Source: Gnetum montanum (Eukaryota > Plantae > Gnetophyta). From it: a DNA stretch of 60,602 nt. Shown in pieces: positions 13,466 through 28,700 of the stretch; the first letter of the stretch is position 1; every line of letters begins with the position of its first letter. Position numbers and translations under genes: made by a program. The stretch covers positions 333,439-394,040 of the forward strand of contig MNCI01000266.1 of NCBI GenBank assembly GCA_015680685.1. The letters are read 5' to 3'. Below the pieces are notes generated by a model, which saw only the letters and a list, made by a program, of their open reading frames with translations, was not told the DNA's origin and searched no databases.

Positions 13466-13929
13466 CACATGACTCATTAATACATATTGACTGGGTCCAA
13501 AATAACATTACAACTACCCATAAATCTAAACTTTTCCTATATTTTATTAAAATAAACTTCTATTATATAATAAAATTAAATAATTATTTTCTTCTACTCT
13601 AAAATGCCAACATAAAACACAACATAAATATTAGAGGAAAACTTTGAGTGGCTTTTATTTCATATAAATTACAAGAATGGAAAATGTTCGAACCTCAAAA
13701 TAATTGTGATATAACCACACGCTAGAATATATAGTCCATTTAGAACTTTGTAACTTAGCATTCACCACTAGAATCAAATTCATAACTTAGAGCTTTCAAA
13801 TCAAGAGTCTTATCACTAGGCTAGCTATATTACAATTAATTCCTTTACACAATGAACTGGAAACCTTTTTAATCAACATTATCAATACCTAAATTTTTTT
13901 TATAAATATGGAGAAAATAGTTAATTTCC

Positions 13930-16900
13930 TTCATAGTGGAAGAGACTACACATCCTAGGCTTTACTTGTAGGAAATCGAACTTGTTGATGGATTGAAGGT
14001 TATTTCCATCTGGAACAAGGACCAAAGGAGAATGTAGATCCTTTTAGGTTCCATGCTATTGTAACTTTCATTTCAGAATAACATGGATCTTGATTCCTTG
14101 TGAACCTCATCATAGTGATATGTAGTCTTGCAAAGGAGCTTTATCTTTGATGCTCAAGCCATTGACCTCTATTTGAAGTGGGTTTAGGCCTAGATACATT
14201 AGCTTAGAAATGTGTCTTAGCTCTTCTACAGGAACAATGTTTCATGTACTTGTTATTTTATGTGCATGTACCTTATTGGTTTTGTTGCATAATTAAGGCT
14301 TGCGGTGAATCTAGCACCTCTAATCATTGGCGAATGACTTATGTGCTCTATGTTATAAAATACATATACTAAGTTATGAGGCGTAGTCCATCTTTAGTTT
14401 ATCATATCTTATTACTACTATTATGACACTCAGGTGGTGCTAAATGGTTTTTTTTCAACGGTAGAAGGATTACACTTGGTATAAGAGCCAAATGTTCATG
14501 GTTCATTTCTTAACCTTTGATGACCATGGTGTAGCAGAAGAAGGGTAAGGGGAGCTACAACTCTTGTGAGATTTCTATTATCCTTAGCCCTCATGACAAC
14601 ATATAGGAGCATGTGCATGTCAAGGTACATGATGTATCACCTAAGTAGAAGAACTTAAGTGATAATTATAGGGTATCTATTAGGAATCTTGACTTCCTTG
14701 ATAAGGTACAGTAGCTATGTGGGTAGCATATAGAAGTTGACATTGTGATCATTAGTTCCTTGCTAGTGGAAAAAAAGATAAAAATGATTTATGATATTGT
14801 TGAAAAGTTGGACATTTCATATCTTCAAGAACTAAACTCAAGAGTGAATCTCAAGCTCTTCATAACTTATAATTTTATGTTTTTGAATCATATAAAATAA
14901 ATGAAGAATAGTGTTGATGATGTCTAGGTCTTAATGAGTGATGTATTGTAAAGGATGCGAATCCTAGAAGCCTAGGTGGATATGCTTGATGAAGGAAATA
15001 AGTAGTTGGAGGACAAGGTGATTATTCATGCAAAGTAAGTAACATCTAATTTGGGGTGGTCGATCCAAAAGTTCTAAGCTAAAGAACCTAAGATATACAA
15101 GGATGATCATGGTGATAAGCTTCTAGATGCCTTCATCTTTAAGCTAAAGAGTTTCCTTGAAATAAATGACTATCTGGAGGAAATGAAGATCAACATCACC
15201 TTCTAATTCCTAGGTGATGTTACTCAAACTTGATGGCTTGGAATTTTCCATAAAATGAAGTTAAGGACAACTCAAATGTTAGTGAAAACCTAGGATGATC
15301 TTAAAGCTATGCTCATTAGAAACTTTTGCCCAAACACTTCCATTGATAAAGCTTGGGTAAAGTTGAAAGAACTCTAGTAGAAAGGAAAGATGAAGGATTA
15401 TCTTCATGAATACAAAGAAGTAATATTGCAAATCCCCATAATTGATGAGAATTCTACGTTATACTTCTTATTCACTTGCCTAAAATCATAAGTCTAATAG
15501 GAAATCAAACCTACAATATTTGAGATTACAGGAAAGAACTAGAATTGGAAACTAGTTTGGTAGTTGGTTTAAGTCTTAAAAATAGAAAAACAATGGATCT
15601 AGTGCATGTCAAAATAGGAATCACTCTAGTGCTAGATTATGCAAGCTAGGTGGAAGAAATTTTAGAGGCAGCTCTTAAGATCCATGTCCTACCATTACCC
15701 CTAGTTGCCAAATCTCTTAACAAGGTAATGAGAAGCAATAGACTTTCAAAGATTATGGTCACTTTGAGGATAAGTACATACATTTTGGAGGATCTTTTAA
15801 TAATCCTAATTGAGACTACTCTTAGAACTCTAATTAATGGCTAGCTAGAAGGGAACCAAATGATAATTGATAGTTGAATGCTCTTGACTATCAGCCACAA
15901 GCTTGATTTTGGGTGATCAAGGTAAATGATAATGTGTAGTAGATCATATCTATGACAGTTACTATGAGGGTGATTGAGAAGATATCTTAGAGTTTAGTAC
16001 TCATTTAGCAAAATATTCAAGGAGAAAAACTAAAGTAATAACCTAGCTTGCATTTGATACAAATGATTTTAGTCTAATTTTCAATAAAATGATGATGCCT
16101 TGATTGACAAAGGTGTTAGTCAAAAGTTTTTCTTACCTAAGATGGATCATACCCTTAATATACAAGTACATATGGCTTTGGCATCCTAAAATTTAGCCAA
16201 GTTCTATCTAATTAGATACATGAAAGGTATGAAGAAGGTGATTTTGATGGTTGATCAGTGAAGTGAAAAATTAGAATTTTCTATCTTAGACATTTATTCT
16301 TTAAAAGTCATTTTTGGATAATAATTAATGAAGAAATCAAAATTGTTAGTCATATCATACTTAGATGTCCTCTACATTACACATGAGGATTCACTTTTCA
16401 TAGTAAAAACCTCTACAATGATAGTAATTGATACTAACAAGAAAGTGCAAATTGTTTCACCTATGATAATGAAGTGTGTTGCAAGGGACCTAATCCAACA
16501 AATGTTTCTTGTAGTGCTAAGGGTAATGGAAGATGGAATTTTTGTATAGGGGAATGTACGAGTAGAGAACATGTTAGGGAGATATAAGGATTTGATGCAA
16601 GTGGATTTGTTTAGAGAACTACCAGATTGATAGGTTTTTGATCATAAAATTAAGCTATTGCTAGGAATTGTCCCTCTTAAGTTGTGATCTTATAGGATGA
16701 TTGCTTGTAAGTTACTAGAGTTAAAAAAGTAGTTATAATGCTTAATAGAGATGGGTTACATTTGATCCTTAAAATCTTCTTATGGTGATACTGTTTTATT
16801 TACCAAGAAGAAGAATGATTCATTAAGATTATGCTATGTATTCAAGTTACTTAATATGTACACCATCAAAAATATGTATTTGATATTGTTGGTTTTAGAC

Positions 16901-17700
16901 CTATTTAACTAGTTAGTGGGGGTAAGAGTTTTATCTCAACTTAAACTTTGTTAAGGTTACTATTAGGTACAAATTCACAAAGGGATATCAAGATAAGATG
17001 ACATGTGTCACTTGTTATGGGTCATATGAGTAAATGGTCATGCCTTTTAGCTTGTATAATACTTCTACTACATTTTTCATGCTTAAGAATGAGGTGTTTC
17101 ATTCATTCCTTGATAACTTCATTATGGTATAACTTAATGATAGATTAATATACTCTCACTTGATGGATGAACATCTTTAGCATCTAGAATTAATATCCTT
17201 AAAACTATGGAAGCAAAAACTATATGTCAAATGGGAACAATGTGAATTTGGTAAGCTAGAGTTAAAAGTTCTACACCACATCATCAATTTAGGAAAGAAA
17301 AAGCTAGATTCAAAGAAGGTAAAGGCCATTACTATTTGGCCTATTCCAAAAGATATGCATTAGTTACACCAATTTTTGGGGTTGGCAAGTTACTATAGGA
17401 AGTTTGTTTAAGTATTCTCTAGAGAGACAACAACCTTAATAAACTTACAAAAGAAGCTAGTCTCTTAGAAATGGCCTCACTAGTGTTAAGAAGAATTTGA
17501 TAAAATTAGAATGGTCCTCATAAATTTACTTATGTTGGTCCTTCTTAATTTCTCAAAACCATTTAAGGTTTACACAAATGCTTCAGATGAGGTGATTGGT
17601 GGGGTTCTTTTGCAAGACAATCATTTTGTGATGTTCAAATCAAAGAAGTTGAACCAAGTTCAGCAGTTGTAGCCTATGCATGAAAAGGAGACATTCAACA
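13930..17700 (+). mobile_element. Truncated Ty3/gypsy (chromovirus-like) element: partial LTR, PBS, decayed gag-AP-RT-RNaseH
   Basis: LTR end GATTACA at 14474; tRNA-Met PBS TGGTATAAGAGCC 14477-14489; RT motifs (DHKIKL, VLFTKKKNDSLRLC, FLGLASYYRKF) and RH motif FKVYTNASDEVIGGVL; stops abruptly ~17700; LTR start uncertain. Confidence 0.8.
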
Positions 17701-17799
17701 TGATATATAATTTTTTCCAAATTTATGAGAAAAAATAATAGTTAGATACATAAAATAAAATTTCAAGTCAATATATGTTGTAGTTTGAAAGAAATTAGT

Positions 17800-18769
17800 T
17801 ATTAGAATGTGAATTAATGCCCCTTTTGACTTGGTTTCTTTAATTTTTCTAATTAGGACATCTAGCTGTGATCTTATGTGATACACAACTACTTGCAACT
17901 CATAATCATAGGCCAAGAATTAGACCTCATGTAATGAGAATGATCCTTGAACTTTAGAAGGAAGAGTGTCAATCCTACAATAGCTAGAAATTAACTTCAA
18001 AAGGAGGAAGAAAGATGAAAGAAGTGAAATTAGTTGCAAATAGATATGTGGAAGAACATGGAATTTGAAGTCAAGTTTGACAATGAACTATGAGCTCATG
18101 TGACTTACATCATCTCATAGTTCACAGAATTTCCACTAGCTATAGCTCATAACTAGTTGTAATTTATTTCTTAATAGAAATTAGGAATTCACTAGTGTGA
18201 GTCCTTGCAACTTGCATTTCTATCGTAGCCCATGGTATCCCCATAAGCATAATTGGTTATTTGAGCACTAGGATTTAATTATTTAGTTGTTGGAAATAGC
18301 TCACTAAGATTGTGGGTCATAGTCACTAGCAGTGGTGAGTTGGCTTTATAATTAGTTTTCTAGCTATGAGATGTAACCTTATGCAACTCACACCTAGGTT
18401 GCAGCCATTAGTTAGATGTTATTCCAACCATAAACTAAATTCATTTTAGCATTGAATAAAAGTGGGATTATAAAGAATGTTTTAGAAGAATGAATGGGAG
18501 AAGAATAGAAAAATAATAAGAAAGATAGACAAAAGAGTTTTTAAAAGAGATATAGAAATTTAGAGTGGATTGGAATTATTTTATTGAAATGTATTAATTG
18601 GTATTAGAGGTTCTTGAATAATAAGATAGTTATTTCTATTACTTAATAGTGAATTCATGTTGTGTGTTCTTCACCATAATTTTGTTAATTAACCTCATGT
18701 AACCTACGATCCTTCATTGATTCAACTTCAATGATGCTACAATGTAAGAACACAAGAAATTAATTAACA
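17800..18769 (+). repeat. 5' LTR of the Athila-like element
   Basis: First ~510 bp align with 46824-47330; ends TTAACA before the PBS-like TAGCATTGTTG. Confidence 0.75.
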
Positions 18770-19099
18770 TTTTAGCATTGTTGTGATAGTTGTGGATTAT
18801 GGTGATATTTTCTCAAATTTAGAATTTGTACAATTTCTAGTTTTCTTTGTACAATTATTCTATATATGGATCCTAATTAGTCATTCAATTTGTGTATCTT
18901 AGTATTGTTAAATTTTCAAGTGACATTAATTGATTGGCATATCTTTCTTCTTAATTTGGAAATAATGATTATTGATGAAACAATTGTCAATGCTCAATGA
19001 TTCTCATAGTATATTATTATTTTTGTTTTGTATTTTCTTCATTTTTATTTTTTATTTGTCATTTCATTATAGGGTTATGATTTTAATTCTTGAGAAAGG

Positions 19100-22000
19100 T
19101 CAAAGATTGGTTTGTGATACAATACCTTCTTCATATGTATCAAAGAATAAGACTAAAACTATTCCAAAGTCATTAGAAGAGTAATCTTCATCAATGAATT
19201 CCAGAAGTCAACAAGGAAAAAGTCTATTAAGGCATGAAGGACGACTAGTTTTGCAAGTAGATCCAAAAACTCTAGCAAGTATAGGAACTAAGATGAATGT
19301 AGTAGATCAACATAATACCCCAATTACCCTAACTACTAGTGGGAATTAGTTTTTAGTCCTATTTCCTAATGGTATACAACCTAATCAAGTATCCATGATT
19401 GTTGGTATGCCTATTGAATTTGGATTTGGCACATCACTTTTAAATTCTATGAGTTAATTGGGTTTTGCTCCACCCATGCTATGTACCATTTCCATAACCA
19501 TACAAATGGTTGGTCCATCATCTTTCAATCAATCTTTCCCTTCACATGTTAGCTTTATGTATCATGCAAATACTTCCAATAATCCCTTTGATATTTTTCA
19601 TTAGTAGAAATTTCATCAACATCATTTACATGCCACTTAGAAAACCTTGCTAAATGATTTGACATAAGTTGTCCAAAATACATAGCTTCCATTGCCCAAT
19701 CAACTAGTCTCTTACTCTCTTTCCATTCCAACATAAGTGCCTATCACATCAACCATTTTCCCTACTATTTCTTAATTTGTACAAGATGATGTTCATATGA
19801 ATTATTCTAACATGGCTGAGATTCATCAACCAATAGCACAACATATCATTCCTTTTAATCCATAATCTATTCCTCTATCTTGTGGTCCAAAAATTCTACT
19901 AGTAGCATCCTATAGAGCTATATTTATGCAGGTACATCAATAGCCTTACTCTAATACACAAACATTGATGAATATTCCTCAAAGTGTTCAACCTATGTTC
20001 AATGTTCAAGCTACTTAAATTCAATATATACCTCAACTGATGTCTCAAAAAAAAAATTCCAAAACAAGGGCTTCAACAAATACCATACTATTTACCTCAT
20101 CATTTAGTTCTTCCAAGCAACAAATTTAGTCAGTTTTTACAATTTCAAAAGCAAGTTCCTTATCAAGGAATGCCTAATTAGTTTTCATTAAAAGACTTAA
20201 TGGATAGAAAATAAACTACCGCTCTCTCCCTTATTTTGTTGCTTGTTGAACAAGATGTTGAAATTAAAAATTTAGCAGTGTTTCCACAATTCTATGGTAT
20301 AGATGAAGAAGATTAATACCAACATATATAAGACTTTGAAATGTTGATAGTGACATGTGGTAACAATGTTATGAAACATACTAAAATGTGTGTATTTACA
20401 CTTACTTTTAGTGATCATGCATTATCATGGTATGGGTCATTAAAAAAATACTCTATTTAGTTCTAGGAAGAGTTTAAGGATGAATTTTAAATCATTCATT
20501 AGTACAAGAAATAAATTTTAGGCATTGAACAAAAAAAATTAAGACTTATGAATAGGCCTAGGAGCATTTTTAGGATATAAGGGAAAGGAACCCTGATAAT
20601 GTCTTTTTAGAATGTTAATTGCTAGGATTTTTTCTTGATAGGTTGACACTTGTGACACCGCAAACTATTGATTATGCTTATGGTGACATAATCATGCCAA
20701 TGATACTTGAAGTAACATTTGATGTTTTGGATCAAATTGTAAATCAAAGAAAGAGTTGGCCTATTAGTAAAAGGCCAATATATTAGAACATATGGTGATG
20801 ATAGGTTTGGCAAATTAAATTAAAGAGATTAATAGCAAATTTTCATCTTTATATATGCCTTTCAATACTATTGTGTAGGGAAAATCTTCTTAGTTTCAAT
20901 AACAAGCATCATCAGTTTGTAGTAATGAAAGAATTTATAATACTCACTAACCTTAGCCTAGAGGTGTGGATTTTTCTTATGCTTGTGTAATTTGTGAGGA
21001 GATTGACCATACTACCTATTATTATTCTATTTTATCATTTATTAAAAAATAAGCTAATGTTGTAGGAAGTCAAGGTGTACAAGGGAGAGGATCAACTCTG
21101 CAAGGTAAGGGATGAAATTCTACTCAAAACCAAAATTACTAGTTACATCCTCCATTTATGTCTAATTATCAAAATTATAATAATAATTTTAACCAATCTT
21201 GAAGACCAAACCAAAATCATGAGTTTTGATAGAAGATTTTGCAATAAAAGAAGAGTTGCAACATACTATGCAATAACAAAATGATCATATAAGTAAGGTT
21301 ATTCAAGTATTACAACCTAAGAATACATCACTAACACAAATAGAAAGAAATTCTAGGGACTCTCAATCATATGAGTTCAAGGAAGATTATGAATGGGAAC
21401 AAAATGATGCTCCATTACCTTTCGATTCAATTCTTGAGGATGCTCCAAAACTTGTCAAAAATTAAATTAACTCATTGGAGAATTGGAGGGTATGACATGT
21501 CTTGCATACCATCTACTAACTTGTGAGTGATTCCTTCAAGTGGAGACTGATCAACTTCAAGTGAGTAGTTCTACTCTTCTTTTTCTTTCTTCGATTTGAT
21601 GTTCTTATTTAGAATTCATAATTTTTAATCTTGTTTTATATATGAAAAGGAAAGAAAAAGATTTTCACAAAGACATGGATGATTGATCTTTTCAAGTGAA
21701 TTTTTTGGAGACGCAATTGAAAAAGAGGGAGGAGTTAGTGGCTCCAACAAAGAGTGCTAGTAAGCACAAGAAGCAATTGGGTGGTAGCTTGGAAGGATGA
21801 AAAATGGTGTTGAGTAAAAAGGATGCCATTAAGGAAGAAAGGGAAGCACAATTAAAGATAGTTACAAATCTCCTTAAGGAGTTCTAATCAAAATGAATGA
21901 TCACTATTGTGCTACCTTGTTTCCTTACTCCATATCTTCTTGATTTTTGTGTTTTGCTTCTTCTTTTACATGTATGCTTGAATGTGCTTCTGTTTCTAAT

Positions 22001-25000
22001 AATAATAATAGTAAAATAATATTTTCTTCTACTTTGGCTTCTCAAGTGTGGTTTGCTCTGGTACCAAATGTGACATCTCATTCCTAGATGTCATAAAAAC
22101 ATGATCATGCATTGCTTAATTCATCACATTTGCAAGTAATATAATGAAAATATCTTAACATACTTTGATAAATGAATAATTGGTACATGAAATAGGAAGG
22201 AAAAACATAGAAAAATTTTATTGATAAGAGAGTACTGTAATGCACTCTGGGTTATCATCCCATGTCACTTAAGCCTTATATGCAATCCATCATTGCCACC
22301 AGGGTTAGGTTGTTCAGCCAAAGGGGTGATCAGTCCCTTCTTGTCCTACTTCACCTAATGCTTGTCACTTGCCTTTCTAGGCTCTACAACTTCATTCTAG
22401 CATGACCTCTAAAATCGACCTTAAATGGCATAGGTCAAACCCATTCCTGAGGGATACATGAATAATAGTAACTTATTATAATGAGGCATCCCTTCATTTG
22501 AAGGTTAATTACATTTTTACAACACATTTCTAACCTTAACAAGGGATAAGACATTATAGTGTAGAAGGAGGAGCATCAACTTTGCAAGGTAAGGGATGAA
22601 ATTCTACTCAAAACCAAAATTACTAGTTATATCCTCCATTTAGGTCTCATTATCAAAATTATAATAGTAATTTTAATTGTTCTTGAAGATCCAACAAAAA
22701 CCATGATTTTTTATAGTAGATTTTGCAACAAAATAAGAGTTGCAACATACTGTAGCAAAAAAAATGATCATACAAGTAAGGTTATTCAAGTCTTACAACC
22801 TAAGAATACATCACTAACACAAATAGAAAGAAATTCTAAGAATCATAGGAGACAAGAATTTCATATGGTTTCTTCAAGAAAAATGGATCAATGTAATGTG
22901 GTTACTATAAGTGGAAGAGTTGCAAATCTTCAAAACCCCTCTTAAAGATCTATTATGAACAAAGAGTTAGGGGATAAATCTAAATGAATGTTAGCAAAGG
23001 AGCTTTCTATGGAGGAAGGACTTGCTTCAACCATTCCTTTAGACAAACCCAATAACTCTTCTTCTTCACAAGTACCTTTTCCTCATAGGTTAAAATCAAA
23101 TGAGATAGATGATAAAAAACATGAAAACCCCTGCAAAGATATTACCTTACATGTTTCCTTGTTGAGAGTCATTGAAGATACTCCTTAATATAATAAATTC
23201 CTCAAGGAATTTTTTTCTCTAAAGAAGAAAATTAGAATACCCAAGCATGTTAGCCCTAGTGAGAATATCACAAATATTTTGAAGGCTAGGATGCTAACAA
23301 AGGCAATAGATCTAGGTAGTCCTATGATTGCTTGCATGATTCATAATAGGAAGTTTCATCATGCATTAGTTGATCTAGTAGCTAGTGTAAATATTATGTC
23401 ATTTCTAATTTATTAGTCATTTAATTATGATCATATTAAACCTACTAACATTACCATTTCTTTAACATATGGGTCTACCATTTATTCAAGAGGTATTGTT
23501 AAGGATATTTTGGTACAAGTAGATAAATCCTTATACCTTGCTGATTTCATTGTGCTGGATTATTATACATCTTCTTTAAATAATGATTATCCTCTAATTT
23601 TAGGTGGGTCCATGCTAGTAATAATGGATGTTGTTATTTATGTGAAAATTGATTAATTACATTAATATTTTCAAATATAATTTTTTCATTGAATTTAATA
23701 ACCTTGATAACCAATTCTAGTTTGATGAACTTAATATGATTAATGTTGTTCTAGCAAACATGGTTTCTTCTTAATTATGTGATTAGGATGAAGTGTATCA
23801 AGTACTAATGTTGGAAGAGTACAAAGACAGAACTAGGAATTTACAAAGGAAACACCTATTAAGATGCCTTAGATGGTAAGGATCCTTTTAAATTGTAGAA
23901 TTTTTCTTTTGTAGTAAGTGGTGAAGAGCTAACTTTATATTTAAAGGAACTTCATTCTTACTTAAAATATATTTATGCTAAGAAGAATAAACCATTGATT
24001 ATTAGTTTAGGTTTAACTACTAATGAGGAGTAGAGATTGATTTAGGCTTTAACGGATTCACTTAAGGCTTTCTCTTGGTTACCTTTGGATCTTAAGCAAG
24101 GGATTTCTTCATCTATTTTTTATCATATTCATTTGGAGGCTAAGTATACACCATAAAAACAATCATGTAGGAGGCTAAATCCATTAGTGAACAAGTGGTA
24201 AAAGATGAACTTTTGAAATTATTTTAGGAAGGTGTTATTTATTTATTTTTGATTCTAAGTGGGTTAGACCTATTATGGTGGTGCCTAAAAAGTCTAGTAA
24301 CTGGTGTGTTTCTATTAGTTTTCATAAATTAAACATATGGACAAGAAAGGATCACTTTTCATTTCCATATTTAAAATTATTTCTAGATAAGCTTCAAGGG
24401 CATGAATTTTATTCTTTTCTTGATGGATTTAGTGGTTATAATCAGATTTCTATTGCCCTTGTTTGGCTAGGGCTATTATCCCTAAAGTTCAAGATCCTTG
24501 ATATGTAGCTATTGCTAAATACCTATTTGTATGAAAAATTACCGAAGTCATGGACTAAGGGATAAAAATAGGTCTTGGTAATTAGGACATACTAGTTCAT
24601 TTGGGAAGATCCATTCATGTATAAGATTTGTAAGGATTAGATCATTCAAGTATGTATCCCTAAACAAAAAGAAGAAGAGGTAATTGTTCAAAATCATGAT
24701 GGAGTTTGTGAAGGCCACTTTACAGGTAAGAAAACTTCATACAAAATCCTTCATGCTAGTTTTTATTGGCCCACATTATTCAAGGATACTTATGCAAATT
24801 ACAAGTGATGTGATCAATGCTAATTAATGGGAGGACTCACAAGATGCCAAGACATGCCATTGTTGCCTGTATAAGTGGAGTATGATCCCTTTGATTATTG
24901 GGACATTGATTTCATAGGTTCTTTTTGTTCAAGTAATTCATCTAAGTACATCTTTGTTTCCATTGATTATGTTACTAACTAGGTCTTGGCAAAAGTAACT

Positions 25001-25780
25001 AGGCATGATGACGTGGAAAAAATAGTTTGATTCTTGAGAGCCGATTTGATTGGGCACCCAAAAATTTTAATTAGTAATAAGAACACCCATTTTGTTAATT
25101 ATATAATAGAAAAATTATTTAAATAAGGTGGGAATTACACATCATATTACTACTACCTATCATTCTTAATCGAATGGATTGGTTGAAAGCATGAATAAGA
25201 AAATTAAAAATATTCTGTAGAAAGTTGTAGGAAATAATAGAAAAGATTGGTCTTATCATTTACTTGATGCATTATGAACCATTTTTACTTGATATAAATC
25301 ATCTCTTGGCTTTAGTCCATATGAACTAGTATTCATTAAGTAATGTCTTATTCTTTCTTCTAAATAAAATAAGTCTTTTTGAGTGAAATGATAATATGAA
25401 ATAGACTTGGACTCTTGTCCTTTTGCTCATTTTTTTCTCTGAACCATTTAGATGAAGATTGTATGCACACATTAGATAGGAAACAATTTCATAAGTAGAT
25501 GAAAATATGGCATGATAAGAGGATTATGAGAAATGTTTTCTCAAAAGGAGATTTAGTTTTATTATTTAATATGAGGCTTAAAAAATTTACTAGGAAACTA
25601 GTGTCTAAATATGAGGGACCATATAGGGTTATCAAGGTCTTAGATAATGGTGCAATTGATATTTTTAGGTTTGGTAGTTTTGAGTCCTTATAGGTGAATG
25701 GTCAGTGGCTAAAACATTATTTTGGACAAGACCACTCCTGTATTAGTAAGAAAATTGATTTAACATATGATCCTTCTTAG
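19100..25780 (+). pseudogene. pol: Decayed gag-pol (gag, AP, N-terminal RT, integrase); RT C-terminus and RNase H deleted
   Basis: AP ALVDLVASVNIM; RT TRKDHFSFP..FYSFLDGFSGYNQI joined directly to integrase N-terminus; INT HHCC region, WDIDFIG, and GPY/F region KIWHDKRI..GDLVLLFNMRLK..GPYRV. Confidence 0.88.
21075..22838 (+). repeat. ~280-bp direct repeat (21075-21355 / 22559-22838) flanking a 1.2-kb foreign segment with an antisense LTR end and Met PBS
   Basis: Near-identical blocks; CTCTGGTACCAAATGTGACA at 22057-22074 reads TGTCACA-TT-TGGTACCAGAG on the minus strand. Confidence 0.8.
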
Positions 25781-28700
25781 AAAGCTAAATTTAATCTAAT
25801 CATGGACCAATTTTAAATGGGTCCTCGTGAGATTGTTTGATCCTAATTTTTTTTTCTTGTTGTAACAGGTTAATAACTTTGTTGTTACATGCTTCACTTT
25901 TCTACAAGTATTGTGTGATAGGTATTATAAGACATACATTATATTTTTATTAATAATTATGCATGGTAGTGATCATTGTTGTTATCAATTCTTTAATAGT
26001 ATTTGTAGCAACAAATCTTTCATTGTATTTAGTGATTTGATGAGTTAATTGATGGAGGGTCGACTTGTGGCATGGATTTTTGGGATCTTATTTATTCAAG
26101 GTATTTTTAATTATATACTATGAATTTTATGTAAAAATAAATAGATAAATGGTTGAATGATGGCATTCTGTTCCATGGATAGATTTTGTTAGTTTTGTGG
26201 TTGCAAAGTGGGACACTTCTTTTGATTTTCATAAGGTATATTGTTAGTTCAATATGCTATTTCATGAAAAAATTGAGGCTTTGGATCCTCCTTAATGATG
26301 TACTTGAGATAAGAGACATCATGATATATAAGACATGAACCATGGGGGTACTCATGGGGAATGAATTGCATAGGGATTGAACCTATACCAAGAGCAATTT
26401 TTCCATTGTTTATAGATCATGTTTTGTTAGTAGTACAATAATAAATCATAACCTATGGCAAGTATACAGGTCTAAAAGTATCCTTTTAATGACAAATTTT
26501 CTCCCATCATAATCACAAAATTGCACTAGGAGTAAAGTTTCCATGCTCATGGACCCTACTCTAATGATAGTGCAACAGTTCCATAATCATAATAATATTG
26601 TAAAAAAAAAAGAACTATTAAGGAATGTATTGTTTTTGATTATAGGCTCCCTATTGTTCATATCCATAAGATAGGGTTATTCATGTGGACGCATGAGGAG
26701 TCTCCATCACCAACAACTACTTTAAGTAGGGAAGGCTACTTATTTTTGAGAGGTATAGTGTCATAAGACATGGATAAGTTATTAAACAATGCTCATAAAT
26801 GTCTAAATTGGTAGTGTCTTGCATTTGTATTATTCTTTAAGAGTTAACTAATGATCACCTAATGTCTTGATGTTACTAAGTGTTAACACCTTAGTTATTT
26901 TTCTATCACAAAGTTTTTATTTTCTTTGTTTTATTGCTTTTTCTCATTTTTACCCTATTTTTCATCTTGTTTTCTTTACCTCAGCCTAGAAGTGTTCGAT
27001 ATTAGCAAGTCAAAATTTGGTACAACTTGTAGTCGCTCATAGTCTAACTATGATCTAGGTTATGAGCCATGGTTGCTTTAGAGTTGATTTTGGGAGTTGA
27101 GAACCTATGACAGGGTGCAATCTACACCCCTTCACACCTTGATTTTTATCCACTAGTTCAATTTATTAGTGTGACTTAATGTAATCTACAACCTATCACT
27201 CCTGGAAATTTAAAATTTTAGTTAGTTAGAGAGTGTAAATTCCTATGAATCATAGTGCATCACACTTTAATGTGTCATAGATGAGCTTCTATAATATTAT
27301 AGGTATCTACAATGCATAGTTTCTTAGGTGTAACTAGGCATGGCTTGTAGTTGGTCACAACCTAAAAATTGATTGAGATTTTTCACTATCATGTTGTGGT
27401 GGATTGTAATCCATAGTTGGTCACAACTCAATTAAAAATGTAAAAGTAAAAACATGTGTAAGCAATTTTGTGATGTATTGTTCCTTCCATAGTTCCATTG
27501 GTCTTGACCAAGTGTAGGATGAGTTTTTATTCATATGTGTTGCTATCAATACTAACCTTCAAGCTTCTTCCTTCACTCAACATGCCAACGGTAGGTCCTA
27601 AATTCCCTAATTTCCATGTTTTTCTTAATGGATTTTCTATTGTGCATACTTGTAAGCAACCATGAACTATATGCATTCTCTCCAAGTGTAAAAGGGAATT
27701 CTAAATACATCATATGGTTGAGATTTATGATTTTCAACTTCATTTTCTAATTTGGGTACATTTACTCTCATGATTAAAGTGAAAAATCAAGTACCAAACA
27801 AGAACTGTAAATGCCTATGATTCATTAGAATTTTCATGATATATTTAGGGTAATTTAAGTTCTTTCCTTTGTAAAGTGGTACATAAAAAATAATAGTGAT
27901 ACTAGAATTTCTTCATAGTATTCACTTTTGACATAAATTTGTGCTTGTAATAAGAATAAATAACCCAAATTTAGGCTTCAAATTTGTGCATGTTATGGAT
28001 TGATATGAAGTCCATTCCACATAGAAGCCTTATTTGTTATGATTTATCAAGTAATATAGAATAGAAATTTTCTTAGTATTCCACTTGGTATGGTAATTAG
28101 CTCACTAATCCACTATGTTGGGATAGTTGTTTGTTAACATAGCACAAACCTAGTGAATTTGAAGTTTCTTAGTATGTCTAGATTGTAGAAGAAAAGGTGA
28201 ATTAAAAGAGATTAGATAATTCCATAAAGATACAATAGTTAAAGAGTGAGAAGGTATCAATTTTTTCTTCTTTATTTTTCCTTCATGAGTTCATTTGGGG
28301 ATTTTCTCCATTGTTGAGCATTGACATTCTCAAATTTAGTATTTATCTTTAATTTCTTAATTTACATCATCATACTTGTTTATGCTATGTTGGGGACAAT
28401 GATGTAGGGACACCTCTTCTGATCTTCTTGCTCTTCCCTAAGTGTGTGTTTTTGTAGGCTTTTGGACACTAGAGATATGTTTTGAAAGTTCATGAGATGT
28501 CTTCATTCACTAAAAGTGACTAGGATGTCTTCCTATTGAGATTGATCTCTCAGGTGAGATGTCTTACCAAAACCTAAGACATCTTAGATGAGATGTGTCC
28601 ACTATGCATGGTATGTCTCAAGGAAGGCATCTTACAAGTGGCTAAGATGTCTTGGCTTCTGAGAGAGATGTCTTGAAAAAATAATGGACATCTTGGTCAA

